DNA of 64,000 bases from Caldisericia bacterium. Its GTDB lineage: Bacteria; Caldisericota; Caldisericia; JAAYUI01. The position numbers and the translations under genes are program-made. This document shows, piece after piece, positions 34,801 through 43,779 of this stretch. The notes beneath the pieces are model-generated. The model saw nothing but the letters and a program-made list of their open reading frames with translations. It had not been told where the DNA came from and ran no database searches. How positions within the stretch are numbered: the stretch's first letter is position 1; each line of letters begins with the position of its first letter. The DNA is taken from assembly GCA_963674785.1 (NCBI GenBank), contig OY771555.1:1312001-1376000 (forward strand). Reading direction: 5' to 3'.

Positions 34801-35874
34801 TTCAAATTCGAAGTTGTTGATGAGTCGGTTTGTAAACTAGTTTCACAAGAAGGTCATAAAGCGACATTTAAGGTAACTGGAACAGAGGCAACAATAATCA
34901 ATGTTTCTGATTCAAGCAACCAGATTAGACAGATTTGGGTAACTGTTCCAAAAGCAATCTTTGACCCAACAGAACTAACCGCTAGCCCAGCAATTTTACC
35001 TATCAAGGTTGGACATGAAGGACTGTTTAGGATTTGTTCCGATATTGCCCCACAGGTAAAGATTCTTCCAGGGAAAGCGATTGATGTAGAAAATCTCGGA
35101 GATAGTCTAAAGGTTTACGCTAAAACGCCTGGTGTGGAGACAATCACTTTGACTGCTGGAGAGTGGGAAGTTACTCTTAAGATTCTTTGTTATGCAGATG
35201 GCAAAACTGAAACCTCAGATATTTTTGAGTTTAGAAGTGCTCCTGGAGATGGAAAAGTCAGGCTTTCGTGGAAACATCCAACAATGCAGACGGCTCCATA
35301 TGAGGGTGCGATCATAACAATGAACGGCACAGAAATCACTAGAACTGGTACTGATGCTGCTGGTTACACAGTGACTGGACTAAAAAATTATACAAAATAT
35401 GAGTTTTCTATCACTCAAATTGGCAAAGACAATAAGTTGACATCAAGTTGCATACCTGGTCCACTTGAACAAACAATTGTTTTGTGGATAGGGAAAAACA
35501 ATGCAGTTGTAAATGGAAATGCTGCAACAATTGATACCAATAGTTCAGTTGTTCCAAAGGTTATCGGAGAAGGTCACACCGTCATTCCATTCAGATTCCT
35601 TGCTGAATCCCTGGGAGCAGAGGTTGGTTGGAATGGTACGCTTCGTGAGGTTTCTTTCATAACACCATCTTCATATCTCAAAGTCTATATTGACAAAACC
35701 GTTGGTTACATGTGGGATTCTCAGGTAACCATTAATCCCGCACCAAGCATTGTTGGTGGTAGAACCTTGATACCACTAAGAGCAGTATCTGAATTACTAG
35801 GTGCAGATGTTGGTTGGGATGGAAAAGAGAAGAAGATAACCATCAAATATATTAGACCTTGGTACGGTTGGTGA
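31843..35874 (+). CDS. Secreted right-handed beta-helix repeat protein with FN3 and C-terminal stalk domain
   Basis: GGAGG SD; signal peptide; four PI.(F/W/V)TS..GD.G..YGG repeats; GDGKVRLSW..TGL.N FN3; VIPFRF/LIPLRA stalk domain. Confidence 0.8.
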   Translation: MRIKSIALLLVLLLIMSLVPQVIAVEKPYKIDSSTTWTGTISAPDLGFFLDKDVTLTIAPGTKIQMQKNMSVKGSIVAIGTPDEPIIFTSINPTPNPGDWGFFEFPENCGECIFSNVIFEYGGAGPGGILRFSSGNGIDDRVRLDNCTIRNSSSQGIWMASAQAVIRECTFTDLNDPTKGVGIWIQQASKPSITGCQFERCVMPIWNDLSSSSYYLGNKATNCGVNGIVLGTGSVDGKLVLSSTMPYVIREKFIVGEKGQMLIQRGTVIKSSSMVNVYGKIDIRGTEEEPVIWTSLKDDSIAGDTNADGDKSTPASGDWGHLEFAGSAQAGLLTHAKFFYGGGLGDQGAGWGTLKFGTKTGVDSRVKLYSCEVAYSQTAGIWMQVSSPSLYDCYIHDNTNPELGTGLTLTGRSKPIVFNCRLENSTYAIMTDTFSYPNAKNLTVTGNQFNVIYFKHQDTTASVEEDAIWNAELVHYIPNTIEIKPDVTLRLMPGVIIKLGDHFRVNGKIVAIGEKDAPIVFTSLADDSHGGDSNGDSDLTKPLPGDNRGVQCREGDGLSVFKYCKFLYGGSGGAGCIYLGQPMNKTNEQILVNCEMAYSLGPGVSVRSGKVGLEGCYIHDCVSESSGWAAMIERDANVTFVNTTIDNCINLFHIDPESKLTTFGTKTSNIGGSVLKGGYAGIHILKGRLKVDQVWDAEFPYILDGPFSVETDATLTVKPGNIIKTLSSIHAYGTLNFMGTKEAPIYVTSIHDDEVGGDTNLNEDYTLPKSGDRGQIVYDGSSGKCTLTHTVFKYGGGDIGNGVLKLGDFTPVTSDFQMEYCTITDSASQGLYMHGSKPVIKNVIINGCKNENGDGIGIKMTGNADPVLEKISFTDSDFAINNMTGSDIWVTDSWWADATGPFNEDWNPDGKGLPCTGTILYSPQADSPIADCGAGAMGGELPEWVRPEPKIDEIPALPGALKVEPNFISSHVDSTFELAVINGVEPFKFEVVDESVCKLVSQEGHKATFKVTGTEATIINVSDSSNQIRQIWVTVPKAIFDPTELTASPAILPIKVGHEGLFRICSDIAPQVKILPGKAIDVENLGDSLKVYAKTPGVETITLTAGEWEVTLKILCYADGKTETSDIFEFRSAPGDGKVRLSWKHPTMQTAPYEGAIITMNGTEITRTGTDAAGYTVTGLKNYTKYEFSITQIGKDNKLTSSCIPGPLEQTIVLWIGKNNAVVNGNAATIDTNSSVVPKVIGEGHTVIPFRFLAESLGAEVGWNGTLREVSFITPSSYLKVYIDKTVGYMWDSQVTINPAPSIVGGRTLIPLRAVSELLGADVGWDGKEKKITIKYIRPWYGW

Positions 35875-35909
35875 TTTGATTAACAAATAATAGATCAGGA
35901 GAGTGTTAT

Positions 35910-36581
35910 ATGTTTTTAGGAAAAGGGCAGGTTTTGGTGATTGATGACTCTTCACCTGTAGTAAATGTTGTTAAAACAGTTCTTGAGGGAGCTGGATATG
36001 GAGTGAGTGTCTTCACATCTGCCAAAGAGGCTTTGATGCATATAACGGATGTGAGACCTGATTTGATTATTTCTGATATTTTGATGCCAGAGATGGATGG
36101 TTTTGAGTTCAGAGAGGCTCTCATTGACGATAGGAGAACCTCTCATATACCATTTGCATTTTTAACAGCAAGAGATGATATAGAGCTGATGATAAAAGGA
36201 TTATCATCAGGAGTCATTGACTATTTTACAAAACCAATCAAACCCAAAGAGCTCCTGGAACATGTTGCAGGGGTTCTTGACAATCTCAGGTCAGCAAGAC
36301 AACGTCTTCTTGATAGAGTAACGGTTGAGAGAAACGTAGAAGATGTTGGTTTTGAAAACGTAGAAAGAGTTTTTTCTGCGATAATGTTTACAGGTCGTTT
36401 GATACTTGCATGGCAAGATAAAAAAAACGAACTTACAATTTTCTACAACAGAGGTATTCCGATCGCAGCAAAATCCATTCTTGGAAAAACCGGACACGAT
36501 GCATATGTTCTTGCAGAGAAGATAAAAGGCGAGTTTGTTGTGAAGTCTGAATCAGTTGATGAGATCAAAAAAGAGTTCTGA
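35910..36581 (+). CDS. Response regulator receiver with C-terminal PATAN/DUF4388-like domain
   Basis: VIDD, SDILMP.MDG, FLTA, KP; tail TGRL....I.Y..G.P.AA...G..A. Confidence 0.75.
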   Translation: MFLGKGQVLVIDDSSPVVNVVKTVLEGAGYGVSVFTSAKEALMHITDVRPDLIISDILMPEMDGFEFREALIDDRRTSHIPFAFLTARDDIELMIKGLSSGVIDYFTKPIKPKELLEHVAGVLDNLRSARQRLLDRVTVERNVEDVGFENVERVFSAIMFTGRLILAWQDKKNELTIFYNRGIPIAAKSILGKTGHDAYVLAEKIKGEFVVKSESVDEIKKEF

Positions 36582-36699
36582 TAAATAGAAGGTTTCTGAG
36601 TTAGTTTTTTCATGGATGTAGAAGTTTCCTGTAATCTAACAAAATATTAAAACTTTTTAATTAGTATCCTCACCTGTAATTACCTTTTGGAGGTGAGAT

Positions 36700-37467
36700 A
36701 TGTCAATTAGTTGGATAGGAATCTCAACCATAATGTTTGTTTTTCTTACAGCTGTTCTTAGGTTGGTCAATCTTGGATATATTTCGAATTGGTCGATCAG
36801 AATTGCCCCACTTATTGTAATGATAATTTTGGTTATTATTGCATCTATTGTAACGGCAGCAAACAACAGAAGAGGAACCAAGGAGGGTAAAATATGGTTA
36901 TCTTTTATTATTGCCTCTGTGCTTTGCTTTTCTGCTGCTGTCTTTGAAGTTTTAAATGGTGTCTCAAATGTTCAAAATCAAGCAACTGGAATGATTGGTA
37001 TAGTTCTGTTTGTCCTCGCCTATATTGCCTTCATAACAGGACTTTCGATTGCGAACTCACATTTTAAGGGCATGAGAAGGATCAATCCTTGGACACCAAG
37101 TATCGTTATTGTTATAACATTTGGTCTTGCAATCTTTTTTCTTTTCAGGTTGATGAATACAAGTGATCTCAATTATACCATCAGAATTGTTTACACAGTC
37201 TTTATGGTTTTGGATGCTTCATTGGTGGCACTTTCATGGACTCTTGCAAATAGAACTTGGGGCGGCTCATTATCGATTTCGTTTATTTTCATTGCTTTTG
37301 GCTGTATTGGATTATCGATATTCCATGTAATTTCTGTTTTTTTCAACATACAAAATATCTATTCGATTGACTCTGGAATTCGAGTATTATTCCTGATTGT
37401 GCTTGGCTTAATAGCCATTGGAGGAGATATTAGAATAGCAATAGAAAATAGGCTTAAAGAAGAATAA
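36700..37467 (+). CDS. Polytopic membrane protein (about 7-8 TM), paralog of downstream gene
   Basis: GGAGGTGAGAT SD; hydrophobic throughout; YTVFMVLDA..RT.GG motif shared with the paralog. Confidence 0.75.
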   Translation: MSISWIGISTIMFVFLTAVLRLVNLGYISNWSIRIAPLIVMIILVIIASIVTAANNRRGTKEGKIWLSFIIASVLCFSAAVFEVLNGVSNVQNQATGMIGIVLFVLAYIAFITGLSIANSHFKGMRRINPWTPSIVIVITFGLAIFFLFRLMNTSDLNYTIRIVYTVFMVLDASLVALSWTLANRTWGGSLSISFIFIAFGCIGLSIFHVISVFFNIQNIYSIDSGIRVLFLIVLGLIAIGGDIRIAIENRLKEE

Positions 37468-37490
37468 GCCTGCATTTTTTTGATCTAATT

Positions 37491-37522
37491 ACCGTCCAAT
37501 TGTTCTGATTGGACGGTTTTTT
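37491..37522 (+). terminator. Rho-independent terminator
   Basis: ACCGTCCAAT-loop-ATTGGACGGT plus T-run. Confidence 0.8.
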
Positions 37523-37624
37523 ATTGTTTATAATAAGTTGATTATCCTAGTGTGACATATGAACACCCTATTGTTTTTGTATTAAAACTATGATATTCTA
37601 CTTTCGTTATTCCGGAGGTGAGAT

Positions 37625-38383
37625 ATGAAGTTAAGTTGGCTTGGTATGTCTACAGTTGGATTGGTTTTTTTGACTATTCTTCTACGTTTAGTTAATGTCG
37701 GTCGTCCATGGGTGATGATGTTTGGTCCATTAATTGTGATGATTATCCTTGTTATAGTTGCTGCGATCGTTATGGCTGCAACCAAACGTCGTGGGAGTGA
37801 TGAGATAAGAGTATGGACAACATTCTTGATCGCTGCAATCCTTAATACAATTGGTGGACTTATCGAGGTTTTTGTAAACATTTCAAAGATTACCGGTTCA
37901 ACATTGGATATGATTGGATCATTCTTCTTTATTGCTGCATACATAGGATTTATCTTGGGTATGATTATCGCGAACATCCAATTTAGAAGTTTGAGAAAAG
38001 TAAACTTGATTATTCCAGGTGTAGTTGTTTTCTTGATTCTAGGAGTATCATTATTTTTCCAGTTCAAATTCATGCATGATGGGAATGTAGGACAGATTAA
38101 TCAGGTTATATACACAGTTTTTATGGTTCTTGATGCAGCACTTGTTTTACTTTCTTGGGTTTTGGCCGTCAGAACATCTGGTGGTTCCATGTCGTTTTCA
38201 TATCTATTGATTTCCCTTGGTTGTATAGGACTTGCATTCTTCCATGCGATTGCTGTAAACTTCCAAATGTTGGGTATTTGGAGTATTGATTCGTATATAA
38301 GGCTTGTTTTTGTAGTTGTTCTCGCATTGATTGCCGTTGGTGGAGATGTAAGAATTATGATCGAGAACAAGATTCGGGTATAA
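37625..38383 (+). CDS. Polytopic membrane protein, paralog of 36700-37467
   Basis: Identical GGAGGTGAGATATG start context; collinear similarity (LRLVN.G, PLIVMIILVI, IDS.IR, GGD.RI.IEN). Confidence 0.75.
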   Translation: MKLSWLGMSTVGLVFLTILLRLVNVGRPWVMMFGPLIVMIILVIVAAIVMAATKRRGSDEIRVWTTFLIAAILNTIGGLIEVFVNISKITGSTLDMIGSFFFIAAYIGFILGMIIANIQFRSLRKVNLIIPGVVVFLILGVSLFFQFKFMHDGNVGQINQVIYTVFMVLDAALVLLSWVLAVRTSGGSMSFSYLLISLGCIGLAFFHAIAVNFQMLGIWSIDSYIRLVFVVVLALIAVGGDVRIMIENKIRV

Positions 38384-38430
38384 AGGAATACTTTTTATTG
38401 TTTACTCGGAAAATCATGTATTATAAAAAT

Positions 38431-38859
38431 ATGAGAAAAGTATTGTCACTGGTTTTGATTGCTGTCTTTTGTTTTGCATTTGTGAGCTGTGGTTCTTCAC
38501 AGGCTTCCTGGAATGAATCTGAGGAAAAGATATATGGGGAGTTTCTTGAGCTTCAGAATCAAGTACAAGCAAAGATGGATGATCTTGTTTCCAATCAACC
38601 TGAAACCTTCCAGGATACAAAAAAGGTTGCAGCTTTTGTGTGGGAGTGGAAAGGTTATGAGAATAGCTCAATTTCAGAGGTTTACAAAAATTGGAGAACA
38701 TCAGCAGGAGAGGCAATCGAAACAAGAGCGATGTTGCATTTTTATAAAGAAAATGACCCAAATTATGTCAATGTGAAATCAGAAAGAGATTTCGCAGAAC
38801 AGGTTTGGTTATATGATACAAAACAGGTTCTTGAGACCGTTGAGAAACTAAAAAAATAA
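38431..38859 (+). CDS. Hypothetical lipoprotein
   Basis: MRKVL.. signal with FVSC lipobox. Confidence 0.7.
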   Translation: MRKVLSLVLIAVFCFAFVSCGSSQASWNESEEKIYGEFLELQNQVQAKMDDLVSNQPETFQDTKKVAAFVWEWKGYENSSISEVYKNWRTSAGEAIETRAMLHFYKENDPNYVNVKSERDFAEQVWLYDTKQVLETVEKLKK

Positions 38860-38890
38860 AATCTTTTCTGTCTGCCAACAATTATATACA

Positions 38891-38924
38891 AAAAGCCGGT
38901 GAGGGTTTTCTCACCGGCTTTTTT
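38891..38924. terminator. Bidirectional Rho-independent terminator between convergent genes
   Basis: AAAAGCCGGTGAG-loop-CTCACCGGCTTTT. Confidence 0.85.
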
Positions 38925-38955
38925 GATTTATCTTTTTGTTATATCAGTTATAAGC

Positions 38956-39834
38956 TTATCTCTTCCAGATATCATAATCTGAATCATCTGTTTGATTGTC
39001 TACTCTGCCATCATCAAATGTGTTCTGTTGTTCTGGTCTTTGGTATGAAAACCCACCAAGATTCCCACTAGATTCGCGATTTCCCCTGTAGATATTCCTG
39101 CTTCTCTTTTTGAAATAGACAGTCCACGGTGCAGGCAGATGAGGATATTTTGTTTTCAGATAGATGTATGCAATCAGGTAGCCAAACAAGAATCCACCGA
39201 TATGTGCCCACCAGGCAACACCAGAGCCACCACCAAGTAAACCAAAGAACTGCATTCCAAACCATATGAGTAAGTACCAATAGGCCGGAATTGAAACAAA
39301 TGTTATAAAGAACATCACAACGAGTGTTTTGATTCTGGCGGTCGGATAAAGTGCCAAGTATGCTCCCATTACAGCAGCAATTGCGCCTGATGCACCAATT
39401 ACTGGAACAAGTGATGCTTCAGCTCCAAGTGAGAATAAGATATGTATTAAATTGGCAACAACCCCACCGGCAATATAAAACAGTAGGAAGCCTATATGTC
39501 CAAATCTGTCCTCAATATTGTCCCCGAAAACCCAGAGATAAAGCATATTGAAAATGATATGCGTCCAGTCACCATGAAGGAATATTGAGGTTATCAGTGT
39601 TATAAATGGCGAGATCGGAGCAGTAGGGTATCCTGCAGGAAGCCCTCTTCCAATAATCTCTGCAGGAACAGCGCCGAATTTATAAACAAAGATATTGAAT
39701 TGCAACATATCGGCACCCATTGATAATAGGAACTGATATAACCAGACAACGACACATAGACCGATAATAACCCAGGTCATAATCGGTCTATTCTTCTTTG
39801 TTCTGTTTACATAGAAATCAGATAATGGAATCAT
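38956..39834 (-). CDS. Rhomboid family intramembrane serine protease
   Basis: FLHG..H..FNM, GASG catalytic Ser, AHIGG catalytic His. Confidence 0.93.
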   Translation of the reverse strand: MIPLSDFYVNRTKKNRPIMTWVIIGLCVVVWLYQFLLSMGADMLQFNIFVYKFGAVPAEIIGRGLPAGYPTAPISPFITLITSIFLHGDWTHIIFNMLYLWVFGDNIEDRFGHIGFLLFYIAGGVVANLIHILFSLGAEASLVPVIGASGAIAAVMGAYLALYPTARIKTLVVMFFITFVSIPAYWYLLIWFGMQFFGLLGGGSGVAWWAHIGGFLFGYLIAYIYLKTKYPHLPAPWTVYFKKRSRNIYRGNRESSGNLGGFSYQRPEQQNTFDDGRVDNQTDDSDYDIWKR

Positions 39835-39843
39835 TTACTATTC

Positions 39844-40728
39844 CTAGTCCTCATCATTATCTATAATAAAGTCGTTTCTGTTGCTGATACCGTTATCTTC
39901 ATGCTGAATTTTCTCTTTCGGTTTTTTACCCGCATTTTTATCGATTTCTTCTATCTTTTCAATCTCACTATCTGAGACCATCGAAGAAGTATTTGATTTT
40001 CTAAGGAAGCTGTGGGTTATACCAGCACCGATTAGAAGCAACACATTTCCCCACTGGGCTGCATTGAAAAATGTTCCGAGGATTGGCTCATGACCTGGGT
40101 CAGCTCTTAGAAATTCGGTTCCGATATGTGTTACAGCATAGAAGTAGATGAAATAAACAAACAATTCTCCAGCCTTAAGCCTTTTTTCTTTCGAAAACCA
40201 CCAGAGGGCAAGAAATATCAGAGCTGCGATGGTTGCATTTACTAGCTGTGTTGGAAAGCGTGATACACCGTCCATTGTAACGCTGCACACATGACTTTCT
40301 GGGCCGTAACAACACCAATTGAAAAAACAACCGATTCTACCAAAGAAATAACCAATTGCAATTGATGGAGCGGCAAGATCTGTAATTCTCCAGAAGTTCA
40401 GTTTTTTGGTTTTTGCAAAAAGGAAAACTGCTGGGATATTAAAAATAATTATTCCAAGGAATGAAAGACCTTCCATCTGAAGCTGGATTATTTGTCCTGG
40501 ATTTGCAAGGTAGTAACCGAGGTTTGAGAGAACATAAAGCAATCTTGCCCCAAGTATGCCTACAATAACAATCCATATACTTAAATCCATCAAATTGTCT
40601 TTTGTGAGACCATATTTTTTCGCCCTGTTCCAGGCAAATGTAAATGCCGAGATTAAACCCATGGTTATTAAAATACCATACCATCTGATTTCGGTACCGA
40701 AAATTTTGAAAGCTACTCTGGGATCCAT
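39844..40728 (-). CDS. lgt: Prolipoprotein diacylglyceryl transferase
   Basis: IRWYG, GARL.YV, GRIGCF.N, PTQL, EFLR. Confidence 0.88.
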   Translation of the reverse strand: MDPRVAFKIFGTEIRWYGILITMGLISAFTFAWNRAKKYGLTKDNLMDLSIWIVIVGILGARLLYVLSNLGYYLANPGQIIQLQMEGLSFLGIIIFNIPAVFLFAKTKKLNFWRITDLAAPSIAIGYFFGRIGCFFNWCCYGPESHVCSVTMDGVSRFPTQLVNATIAALIFLALWWFSKEKRLKAGELFVYFIYFYAVTHIGTEFLRADPGHEPILGTFFNAAQWGNVLLLIGAGITHSFLRKSNTSSMVSDSEIEKIEEIDKNAGKKPKEKIQHEDNGISNRNDFIIDNDED

Positions 40729-40800
40729 TGTTCCTCCTAAATAATTACACTATCTGGAAAAATACTTGAAAAATCGAAAAAATGCAACTATGTTTTTGAT

Positions 40801-41736
40801 ATGAGGAAACATATTATAGTTGCTTGTTTGACGCTTTTGCTCTTGGTTTCTTTGCTGTCTTGTGGGGGAACAACGTATCTTGTGGGAGAGAAAACAAAAA
40901 TATATGAGATAGGGAAACAAGAAGATTTACCTAGTGCAGCTGAACTTCGGTCGATGGGAGAAAAACATTGCAAGAGTATTTTGACCTTCAATTATCTTGA
41001 GGATATTCCTGAAAAGTTAAACGTATTAAATAAAGAAGTAAGTGAATACAATGTAAAAATTGGTTCAGAGGTTGGTGCTGCAGAGATTTATGACAGTAAA
41101 AAAGCTAAACCAGGAAAAACCCGAATAAGGTATAAATCTGATTTAAGCTGTGTTTTGGATTCAACAACAAACACATTCACTAGTTGGGTTATGCCCGATT
41201 TTGTTCCATACTCTCCACCCGTACCAACAGAACTCGAGATTAAAAACTACAGAAAACTCTCGAACAAAGTTGCAGAAAAAATTGCAACCGATTTCTTGGA
41301 GTACATGAGAATACCTATTGATGGATATAAGATTTCATCTGTAATTTCTGAAACGAAAGTTTATGCTGATGTATACTTCTTTGAGGATTTGGTCGACAAA
41401 GAAATCAAATCTCCAAACTGGATAAAAGTTAAGATCAATTTCTGGGGCATGATAAAAGAATACACCCTCAATATTGGTCCAACTCCGGAAATCTCAACTG
41501 AACCAACGTTTGCACTTGAGGATGCGGTTGAGGTAGCCAGAAAAGAACTTGCCTTCCCTGATGATTTTGAAGTGCCAAAACCAGACAGAGTGATCCTTCG
41601 AAACGGGTTTGTTGAAAACGGTACAGTTTACGTAAAGGATGAATTAGTTTGGTTCTTCAGTTTCATCGGAATATCTGGTGCCAGAAGAGGAACACTTATG
41701 GTTTCAGCTCATTCTGGCGAAATAATTGAGGATTAG
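40801..41736 (+). CDS. Hypothetical lipoprotein (PepSY-like C-terminus)
   Basis: LLSC lipobox; EDAVEVA...VSAHSGEII terminal pattern. Confidence 0.6.
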   Translation: MRKHIIVACLTLLLLVSLLSCGGTTYLVGEKTKIYEIGKQEDLPSAAELRSMGEKHCKSILTFNYLEDIPEKLNVLNKEVSEYNVKIGSEVGAAEIYDSKKAKPGKTRIRYKSDLSCVLDSTTNTFTSWVMPDFVPYSPPVPTELEIKNYRKLSNKVAEKIATDFLEYMRIPIDGYKISSVISETKVYADVYFFEDLVDKEIKSPNWIKVKINFWGMIKEYTLNIGPTPEISTEPTFALEDAVEVARKELAFPDDFEVPKPDRVILRNGFVENGTVYVKDELVWFFSFIGISGARRGTLMVSAHSGEIIED

Positions 41737-41739
41737 TAG

Positions 41740-42120
41740 TTATTCTTTGTAAGCGATAGCTGAAATCTCAACATCAAAATCAAGGGGGAGTTTTGATACT
41801 TCAACTGCTTCCCTAGCTGGTGGATTGTTTTTAAAAAATGTTCCATAGACTTCATTCATTTCTGAAAATGTGTCCATTGATTTTAAGAAAACACTTGCTT
41901 TTACAACATTATCCAATGTATATCCAGCTTCAGACAGTATTCCTTTGATATTCTCAAGAACCTGTTTTGTTTGACTAGCAACTGTTCCGCGGTTCTGTTC
42001 ATTTGTTTTTGGGTCAATTGGAATTTGACCTGAAATATATAAAAAACCTCCGCCGGCTATCCCCTGTGAATATGGACCAATAGCTTTTGGGGCATTCTCT
42101 GTTTTAATAACCTTTTTCAT
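41740..42120 (-). CDS. ridA: RidA/YjgF family enamine deaminase
   Basis: [23 protein letters not shown]...VEI. Confidence 0.92.
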   Translation of the reverse strand: MKKVIKTENAPKAIGPYSQGIAGGGFLYISGQIPIDPKTNEQNRGTVASQTKQVLENIKGILSEAGYTLDNVVKASVFLKSMDTFSEMNEVYGTFFKNNPPAREAVEVSKLPLDFDVEISAIAYKE

Positions 42121-42264
42121 CTGACTACTTCCTCCGTTCGTTGACTATGAGTAAATATAGCATAGAATGGATTTTCGTCTATCTTAAGTTCTTTATGGAA
42201 CAAAACTTGAGAGGACTATGTTTTGTAAAAGAACAGTTGACACCTTTCAAAACCGGAGGTTGTA

Positions 42265-43779
42265 ATGAAAAAGCGTGATTTACCCGAGATCCCACGTGAT
42301 CTGGAAAGAAAACTTAAGGAAAAGAATAAACCTAAAGAAGCAGAGGTTATCAAGGAAAAATTTGACAGAGAACCATCTGCTGTTAAGAGTTGGTTTATCA
42401 GAAATATATGGATGGTTTTTGCTGCTGGTTTCATAGGAATCCCACCACTTGTAAGATGGCTCTTCAACACTCTGATTCCCAATGCCGCTGCAAACTATTG
42501 GAATCTTAGCGGTCTTGGGCAGGCAAGCCTAATTGAAACAGAAACAAGCAGAATGTTTGCTGAAAACTACGCAAGAGTCAGTTTCCATGTAACATTTCTA
42601 GTATTTCTGGCATTGTTGCTTGTTGCAATAATCATTCTCGACAGGGTTGATGTAAAATCTTGGGGACTCCATTTCAAAAATATTCTTCCTGGAATTCTAT
42701 TCTTTGCTGGGTTCTGGGTAATTATTTATTATTTCTTTGTGCCTGTTGGTTCAATACTTTCAGGTGGCGAGAGCTATTATATTGGGCTTCCTCCCCCTCC
42801 TGGGCTTACAGAAACAGGGGCGAATTCGAGTGCTTCATTCTTCTATACATTGAAATATATGTTCTTCCCAAGGTCTGTTGTGGCATTTGTAGTAAATGAT
42901 GGCACGATTCCAATCTATGGTGCTGCATCACCAGCACTTGGTATTTTAGACTTCTTCAGGGTGTGGATTCTAAACGGACCAGTTCTGATGTTCTCAACCC
43001 TTGGTTATATGTTCAACAAGATGATGTCTTGGTTTGATGCACCGGATTGGATAACAGACACTAAAAAGAGACTTACATTCAAATATGTTGTGGCAACCCT
43101 TTTCAGCATCATTCTTGTGCCAATTATGACTTCGGCATACAAGCTTGCTGATGCCGCTCTTTCCTATACTGAAATCCAGGTTGAGGGTGCCCAGATTGCA
43201 GAAACTATCTACCGAGTGGCGACTGCAAATGTCGTATGGACAATTCTTTTCTGGCTTATTGTTGCAATATTTTTCAATTTTGCTTTCAACTGGGGATATG
43301 TCAAAAGGATCAAAAGAGAACTCTCTGATTGGGAAAGCTCACTTTATAAGTGGTTACCTGGTTTCATCGTTTTTGCTGTGGGTATCATTTTTGCTGTCTC
43401 CACTGGTTGGCATCTTGCGGCAATTAATCCGACTACAGGTGAATCAACAGCTCATTTCTTTGGACCGTTCAGTGGCGTAAACGTGCTTTCATTCTTCTTC
43501 CTTCTCACATGTGCCTATACTTACATTAAAACAAAAAACATCTTTATCCCAGCACTTATCTACCCATCGCTTCCATACTTCCTCAACTTTATAAGGGTAA
43601 CGAAAGATGTTATCCCAACTCTTTGGGGTTCATTTATCGCTGCGATCCTCACAATAATTATCCTTCTTGCGTATACAGAAACTTATCGTTTCTGGGCACC
43701 GTATGTCACATTTGATCTGAAATTTGAAGAAGTACCAGAAGGCTCAGGAGAAGTCATCGAAACTACTCCGGAGGAATAG
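42265..43779 (+). CDS. Polytopic membrane protein, hypothetical (weak CPBP/Abi-like pattern)
   Basis: GGAGG SD; about 10-11 TM; stop overlaps polA GTG by 1 nt. Confidence 0.65.
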   Translation: MKKRDLPEIPRDLERKLKEKNKPKEAEVIKEKFDREPSAVKSWFIRNIWMVFAAGFIGIPPLVRWLFNTLIPNAAANYWNLSGLGQASLIETETSRMFAENYARVSFHVTFLVFLALLLVAIIILDRVDVKSWGLHFKNILPGILFFAGFWVIIYYFFVPVGSILSGGESYYIGLPPPPGLTETGANSSASFFYTLKYMFFPRSVVAFVVNDGTIPIYGAASPALGILDFFRVWILNGPVLMFSTLGYMFNKMMSWFDAPDWITDTKKRLTFKYVVATLFSIILVPIMTSAYKLADAALSYTEIQVEGAQIAETIYRVATANVVWTILFWLIVAIFFNFAFNWGYVKRIKRELSDWESSLYKWLPGFIVFAVGIIFAVSTGWHLAAINPTTGESTAHFFGPFSGVNVLSFFFLLTCAYTYIKTKNIFIPALIYPSLPYFLNFIRVTKDVIPTLWGSFIAAILTIIILLAYTETYRFWAPYVTFDLKFEEVPEGSGEVIETTPEE

